From Antedon mediterranea (taxonomy: Eukaryota; Animalia; Echinodermata): a stretch of DNA of 64,000 nt. The notes under the pieces are model-generated. The model ran no database searches and was not told the origin of the DNA. It saw only the letters and a program-made list of their open reading frames with translations. Below, piece after piece: positions 56,694-64,000 of the stretch. Position numbers and translations under genes: made by a program. How positions within the stretch are numbered: position 1 is the first letter of the stretch; every line of letters starts with the position of its first letter. The stretch covers positions 16,230,795-16,294,794 of the forward strand of contig NC_092670.1 in assembly GCF_964355755.1 (NCBI RefSeq), in the 5' to 3' direction.

Positions 56694-57511
56694 TATCATT
56701 TTGTTACGTTATACTCCTTAAAGTTAAAATATATAAATATAAATTTCTCTAAATTATTTAAAATAAGTGTGTATAAATAATGTGGAAGGATAGTTATCTG
56801 ACTAAGTTACGTTCCTTCATACGCAATTTCAATATCGCAAGATATTATGATGAATATGAATTAACAACGAACATACATAGGCCTTTATCACATGCAATTG
56901 ATATATGTATAGCCTAAATATGTTATTGGTGTACGAATATAGAGTGTAGACACAGGCAGTGTCAATGTCGGAAGCTAATGGTAAATATTAATGAACAGAT
57001 AAATAAACATTTGTAAATGATATATAAATATGTTATTGGTACACGTGTGTAAGTAATGTCAATTTCACAAATCAATATTGTTTAGCAGCTACTCTCCACA
57101 CTTGATGGTTTTAATTAAGCTCATCAACAGTGTTGTATAAATTCATATATATATATATATATCATTTCCACACGAAATATGCCAAAGCATGTAACACTCC
57201 ATCATCGAACGTATTCGTGCATATCGCCAGCAGTTTTCATCAGTGTTTGAACGCGTGCGTAAACCGTCGTGGTGTTAAATACACTATTATACTGCCACGT
57301 AACAAAATACAGAATTTCTGCTTCTTCAAATCCACGGAAAATTGGTCTATTGAGTTGCGTTACTTCGAAATTCATAGCATCAGTCTGCCAACCTTTTCTC
57401 TGTATAACTGTATCTCATATGTCATTATCTATCTAGTATCTATGCACATCACATGTTGCGCCAGTATTGTGGTAAGGATAGGGTTACGTAGGCTTATGGC
57501 CTATGATTCAA

Positions 57512-57737
57512 ACGTCACATAATATGGTACATACGTAACGGAATTAAGATACATCTACTAAATTATTCATTCATTTCTCTTTCCCCTATTTAATACTAGA
57601 CCCACGCAACACCTATCCATTCAATCAAATATGCCCTATGATAGAGACGTCACATAATATGGTACATACGTAACAGAATTAAATACATCTACTCAATTAT
57701 TCATTCATTCTCTTTCCCCTATTTAATACTAGACCCA
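57512..57737. repeat. Direct duplication of about 92 bp
   Basis: ACGTCACATAATATGGTACATACGTAAC...CCCCTATTTAATACTAGACCCAC at about 57512 and 57647. Confidence 0.85.
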
Positions 57738-58190
57738 CCCTTTCAATAACCATCATGTTCCCGACTGTCGCGTAGTGTATTTTACAACAACAATCATTAT
57801 ACTGTATAATGTAATATTGGAAAAAGTACGATTTCGTTTATTTTCAATTAAGTGCGCAGACCAGTATACAATACTGCTGTATTTAAAATTGTGTTTTTAA
57901 TCCTGAATATATAACGTAATTTTTAATATCTCTCTGTTTTTATGTATTGCGTGCTGATATAATTTAAACCATCAGGTAGTTGGCAACAATGTGTAAAATA
58001 TTAATCAAAGTATAATCAATGACCAACAATAAGTTTCTTCGCCTGCCTGCCTCCTATAGTGCATTGTATAGCCCGTACCATATTGCTCCATTGTCATTGT
58101 ATTATGCAGCATTGATTCTTATGGTGGAAACGCTATATAAATCAGAAAGTTGATTATTTACAGTGGAACCCTTCCTTTGACATACCGTCT

Positions 58191-58410
58191 TAAGACCAAT
58201 TTAAACAGACGAGCGGTAACGGTAAGCGGAAACCCGCTTAGCTTGTCCCATGTAGATACATTCTACGTGGGGGGCAAGCTAAGCGGTTTTCCGCTCAGAA
58301 TTATACTGTCCGTCCGCTCCGCGCTGTGTGTAAATGGTCATAAGGAATAACATAATTTCTATATTTGTATTACCGTTAGGCCTACCGCTCGTCTGTGTAA
58401 ATTAGACTTT
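58191..58410. mobile_element. Palindromic MITE (family 3)
   Basis: ACCAATTTAAACAGACGAGCGGTAACGGTAA ... TACCGCTCGTCTGTGTAAATT with an internal hairpin. A related copy at about 47264-47550 is interrupted by a family-2 MITE. Confidence 0.7.
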
Positions 58411-61400
58411 CAGGTGACATTTTCGCTGTAAAACAAACTATATGTGAACCAGGCCCTTTGTTATGCAAATGAATTGATTTCTACGCATTATTTTCTTCGA
58501 AACTAACCTTTCTTGGTGGTCGTGTGTAAAAATAAACTTCATTTATTATGTAGGCCTAAAAGGTCTTTTATAATCTCACACCCACCGACTATATTAGCAT
58601 CCTCTCGTATAAAGATTAATCTCCCGTTCCTAAATTGATATTTTCTGGAACAAATAGATGCATAAAATAATTATATTTTAGCAATTGGGTCATAATGTAT
58701 AAATATATATTGTTAGTAAAAGGTTAACGGGCGGGTTTTTCCATGATATTCGTGAGTAAAGTTGGTCCCAATGCTCGTAACGGAATATGCTGGGAATACG
58801 CTAATTATCCTAGATACCATTTACTTTAATCAATTCTGGTAATTTAAGTTAGGTTATTATATAACTGGTACATTACGATTGAAATCTCAAGAAGTTCTGA
58901 CAATCTTGTCATCCTATAAAATGTAGGCCTAACAATGTACGGAATGTTTTAATTAATTGTTAAGATCTGTCTATATTAACAAACTTATATGACTCTCCCC
59001 CAGATGATTACCGGTACTTAATGCTATCTATTATTCTGTATTTTATTATATTGTGGAAATACATTAAATTAAAATTGAACTAGTTTTACAAAAAAAAGTG
59101 TGATGTGCCCAATTATGGTAGTAATATGCTTACATATGGTAGTTATATGACATCATCGTGTCCATATATATAGGAACATCACATTTTTGTTGTCACATAA
59201 AGTTTGATTAGTGCCTTAACAGAAGTATTTACACTTTGTTAATCATCTTCTCCAATGTCAACACCATCAATTAACTAAACATTCGCTGGCAAATGTTACT
59301 AGATTTAAATTGATCTGAGCTGCTGTGTTCTAGATATCCACTTGTTTGGTGACATGTTTTTTTCTGTAGGCCAACACAATTTCTAGTCTGTTCATTAACC
59401 TAATATATTATTTAGAAACGTTTTAAAAATCCATCAGCCGTCGTCGACAAGCACGTTGTGTACATTCCTATGTTTTTATTACTCTATTTTCAGTGCATTG
59501 ACATTATTGGAACATTTTACAGTCAATACATTACAAGTCAATATAACTTTACATCTCAATGTATACTCACTCCAACAAAATTTCCAAAGGAAACAATTTT
59601 GTTTTACGTGAATAAATGAATGATTGACCCTATAAGTAATGATTATGTTTGAATATAAATATGTATATGTTCGTCATCGTTCGATCTTTAATTTTGCAAT
59701 GAACTTATTTGGCCTAAGAATCTGGATATAGCAATTCATCATGAATTAATTAATAAGTGAATGAACTTCTTCGATCGAGTATTTAAGATTAAATTTAATA
59801 ATCACAGAAAACCACGTCATAGTATTTGCATTTTGTTTTGCCGACATGGGCCAGTGGGCGACTGGCTCAAAGGAACAAATATACCACCTGCCATGCATTA
59901 TTGAAGGAATAGTACGTGAGTTGTGTTATTCAATTCAGAACTAAATAGTGTATTTAGGCATCTATACATACAACGATTCTTTAGCAATTATCAAGTGATT
60001 TCTTTAAAAGGGGCGTTATGGCACATTCTATCAAACTTGTATAGCAAATCTAACATAAACGATCGGTTAAAAGGTTCATGAAAGGTTTTTAGTGATTTGC
60101 ACGTTCTGCTAATAGCTTGAATGATACGTAGAATTGCAAAATGTAAAATATAGTTTTTAAATAACCTTTTCTAAGTAATGTCAATACTGTTTTATTTACT
60201 TTGTCCATTTTGCTGGTTTATTTTATATTTTAGCTTTCTTTAACAATTCGTGTTTGCACCCGATACACGTAGTGTACGGTATTATGTCTTCTGACAGAAA
60301 CCTTCGTCCCATAAGGTTTATCGCAAATAGCTTGATTTCACGAGGAACGTTATTGGACAATGCACGATGGGAATGGTTTGAGAGCAAACGTAACGACCCT
60401 CACGTACAAACAACAAATCACGTATACGTACGCGTCGTGACGTTTGCTCCCACATCCTTCTTCCCACCACCATGCGTCGCGCACGCTATTTTCGATAAAC
60501 CTTATAGACTTTTGGATTTTTTTTATAGCTTACCCTTTTCAAAAGCGTTATGTCAACGCTTTCCTGCTTAGTGTTTAAAGAATCCAACAGAATTAGAAAA
60601 CAAATACTGTATCAATTTCGGAGATTTTGTTGTTCCTAATAATTCGGAAATTTCTGATTCCTGAGAATAAAATGGAAACATTTTGCTTTAACTAAATAAT
60701 GGAAGAGTGACCCTTCCCTGACTAAACACAGAAGTATGTTATAATAATGTTTTAATTTTGACGTCATTTCTCTTCAGACAATTATAAGCGAATCGATACC
60801 ATGATGATCGGTATAACAACAATGCCATTACGTCATGCAAAAATTAAGTAATTACTGCGTAGAATAGTATCAGGCAGTAGGCCTACATTTAATTTAATTC
60901 GTGGAATGTTGTTCTGAAAGGCCAAAACAATTAAATCAGTCTATTAATAATATAACTACGCATGCGCACCCTGGAATTGTTTTACCAAACCAATAATAAC
61001 AAACAAAACATACATCAGGCGGTAGTGTGCATCTTCCCACACCGGACCAGACCCATCTTTGTTATTGGTCGCTTAACCAATCATGATGCGCCTTATTGTC
61101 GGTTCAATTTTACCTCACGTCATTTTACTCGGATCCGTAATTCTAACCAAAAAATAATGTAAATGGTACTGTATGCTACATTTTTGTATGCTAAACTTAT
61201 ACAAATCGTGAGATCCAAATTCAAGAGTTGTTCGCTTTAATGTCCATCACGACCCACTTTGAGAGGCTCAACTAATTATTGTAGTATAACCTGAACTTAT
61301 TTGTGTTATTACTTGAATGAAAAACGTCATAAAATGAAGGAATATGATGCGGACACATAAACTCCGCTATGTACATATTGAATTATTATGTAGCCTACTC

Positions 61401-61781
61401 CACCAAACCACTAAAATGTGCGTTGCACTGATCGCAGTATATGAGCTGTACTTAACTTTATGCTAAGGACGTGTACCTGGTGTTGTTTTCATGTATCTTC
61501 TGAAAACTACGATATCTTTAAATGTTAATTAAATCCAAAGGCAAATTACTAAAAAAATGGGAATATATAAATTTCACTTTTGATATAAAGCATGATATAA
61601 TGATGATGTAGCAACCACGACGTAGAATACTATTTGAATTATCAGGTATGATTGTGTGAGGGTATATTTTAGTCTTAAATGTTTCGCCTCATATTTCCTT
61701 ACTCATTTTACATTTGGGGTACGAACAAAAGGTAGTGATAGTCTTGTCGTTACTATCGATGAATCGTACCATCGTACGATC

Positions 61782-61960
61782 ATTTTCTTCTATTGAATTA
61801 TACCTTCTGAACGAGTTTCGACGGTGACATAACTATGAATTTAAAAGTTGGTATACATTTGTCTCCGTTCTCACTAATTTATTGTCTATCCCGGGTTTCG
61901 GCACCAAAAGTTATGTCACCGTCGGAACAACTCGATGGTATAATTCAAAAGAAGCAAATA
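61782..61960. repeat. Imperfect inverted repeat (probable MITE)
   Basis: TTGAATTATACC..CGAGTT.CGACGGTGACATAACT versus AGTTATGTCACCGTCG..AACTCG..GGTATAATTCAA. Confidence 0.7.
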
Positions 61961-64000
61961 AATAAGTATCAGACACAAGATTCCAAGATCATGTAACTAT
62001 TTAAAAACAGTCTATCTATTATTCCACCTGTTCTAAACCTGATGAGCATTCTCACATAAGCATGTAGTAAAAGTTTAATCCGTATTGAATGTGTTGAATG
62101 TTTATGTTACGTGTGTTCTGTACACTTGATACTGCATATTACTATCACTGATATCAAGGTAGATTGAGGTAATGTCCTGGATACATCGTCGCTTCTTTCA
62201 TATCAATGATTCAAATTAATATCAATTTATATTAATAAAATATACAAATTAAAAGGCATGGCAGAAATTCTAAGCCGCCTGGTAATCAGATATAGTATGC
62301 TGGAAACTGATTGATGTTTAAACGAAAAGACGAGAAAATCTGTGAGAATAAGAAATAATGTTATAGGCCTATACATTAACATTTGACTTGTCATTTGTTT
62401 TAGATGTAGCTTTTTTCAAAATGACTATGATTTGTAGCAGTCGATTTCAATTTTTTAAAAAGAAGTTAAAAACCACCTTTAATTACCTAAGCCTAAAGAA
62501 ATCTAATTGAAATATATGATCGTGACAAAACGAAAAGTCATTAGGCCTATAGATGGATGGGTGATCGCTGAGCGAGTTATAATATTATTAGTATGAATGA
62601 TAGTTTTTGTTTTGGTTTACCATCTGTTTTTCTTGTCGTTTTTAGTTGATGATTCGTGGGCGCAGCATGTTCGATCATAATCTAGGCCTACGCTCCGAGC
62701 ACTATTGTGTATTTTTTGTATATGTACGTACGTCTCTCTAGCAACCTACTTCTAGGCATTAACTTTGTAGCATTTAAACAAGAAAAATGATAAATCAGTT
62801 AGCTTTTGAAACTTCATCAATATAAGAGAACAAAACTAAGCAAATTTATTGTAAAATGTTTTGAGAAATCACATAGGTTATTAAAGGCAATTGGAACTGT
62901 GATCTTAGCGTTAGCCCCGTGAACAATAACTGACACTCGTAAATTATTTAACTTTTTTTCAGAAAAATTTAAAAAGTGACACTAATAGTTTTATCGAGAA
63001 CAGTTTATGCACTACATAGTAACGAGAATAAAATGATATACTGTAATTAGTTCCTCATTAAATGACAATACATTTTTCTTTTTCAAAGTATCGTATCCGT
63101 TAAACGACCATTTATCAAGTGCGTTAAGCGTGATGATACGTAAAGGTATCACGCGAAGAACACGTATAATGCACTGTCTCATCCGATTGGAATTATGATG
63201 CGGTTTACATTGGTCAGTGATAACATGAAGTTGACGCGCGCGTTTTAAAATACATAAATAATTAGCAGTGTACGCGTGCCCACCTGTCCGTTGTAATTGA
63301 CAGTATGTCAGTGACAACACGTTTGCGCGCGCGTATTCAAATGCATGTATAATTATCAACGTTTGTACGCGTTTATACATGAAGTAATGTTTCTACCAAT
63401 ATAGAACTGAGGCGGTGTGCGTCTTTCCACCGGTCCATCGTTGTTATTTGTCGCTTAACTAATTATGATGCGCCTTATTGTCGGTTCAATTTTACCTCAC
63501 GTCATTTTACTCGGATCCGTAATTCTAACCAACTACCCATTTTAATCAGATCTGAGTTTACAGCATGCGAACAAGATAATGATGGACGCTGGCGCCCTAT
63601 ATTCTTTCAGATCTAGCGATTCAATTTCATTAAATTTATTCGTCTAAATTAATGTTCTCATAATGGTAAAACGAACATTCTACTGAATACTGAAATGCCT
63701 CTTTTCTGCTGACGTACGTCGTCTGAGAAAAATAGCATAGACGGTGTGCAGCGATTCAATTGGAACAACATGATTGGAAATGTTGTATACAAGATGATCC
63801 CATTAAGTAAAATTAAACTTAAATCGCAGTCCCGTATAGGTGTATACAATTATGATTATGACAAAGATAAACAAACTAAAGTGATTGATACACCCTTTGT
63901 GTATTATTTAGATTGGAAGGCCTTTTTCTTCTTTAATTTTCCGTATGGCTTTTCCTCTTCAACAATTACATCATTTTAATTACAGCCTGTCTAAAGTCTA

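Overview
AT-rich animal genomic DNA, not prokaryotic. The vertebrate-type two-domain CMAS genes suggest an invertebrate deuterostome, possibly an echinoderm, but the taxon is an unverified inference. Five protein-coding genes were reconstructed by hand with GT-AG introns and consistent phases: ELAC2/RNase Z(L) (+, 23 coding exons), NUDCD3 (-, 8 exons), two intact head-to-head CMP-sialic acid synthetase (CMAS) paralogs with identical exon structure (- and +, start codons 772 bp apart), and a single-coding-exon class A peptide GPCR closely resembling the urotensin II receptor (-). Two degenerate tRNA-Val(AAC) genes lie antisense in a NUDCD3 intron. The rest is non-autonomous DNA transposons (MULE-, piggyBac- and Tourist-like), a tRNA-derived SINE, minisatellites and a Penelope-like retroelement fragment. 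Most interesting: (1) a hammerhead-ribozyme motif with a compensated G3:C8 core swap (GUGAUCA) in both arms of the Penelope inverted repeat, plus a canonical minimal hammerhead elsewhere; (2) the divergent CMAS pair with differing active-site motifs and a transposon-borne kB-site cluster in one copy; (3) the urotensin-II-receptor-like GPCR. Most ORF-track entries, including the 540-aa ORF, are repeat artefacts or exon fragments. All coordinates and alignments were made by eye.
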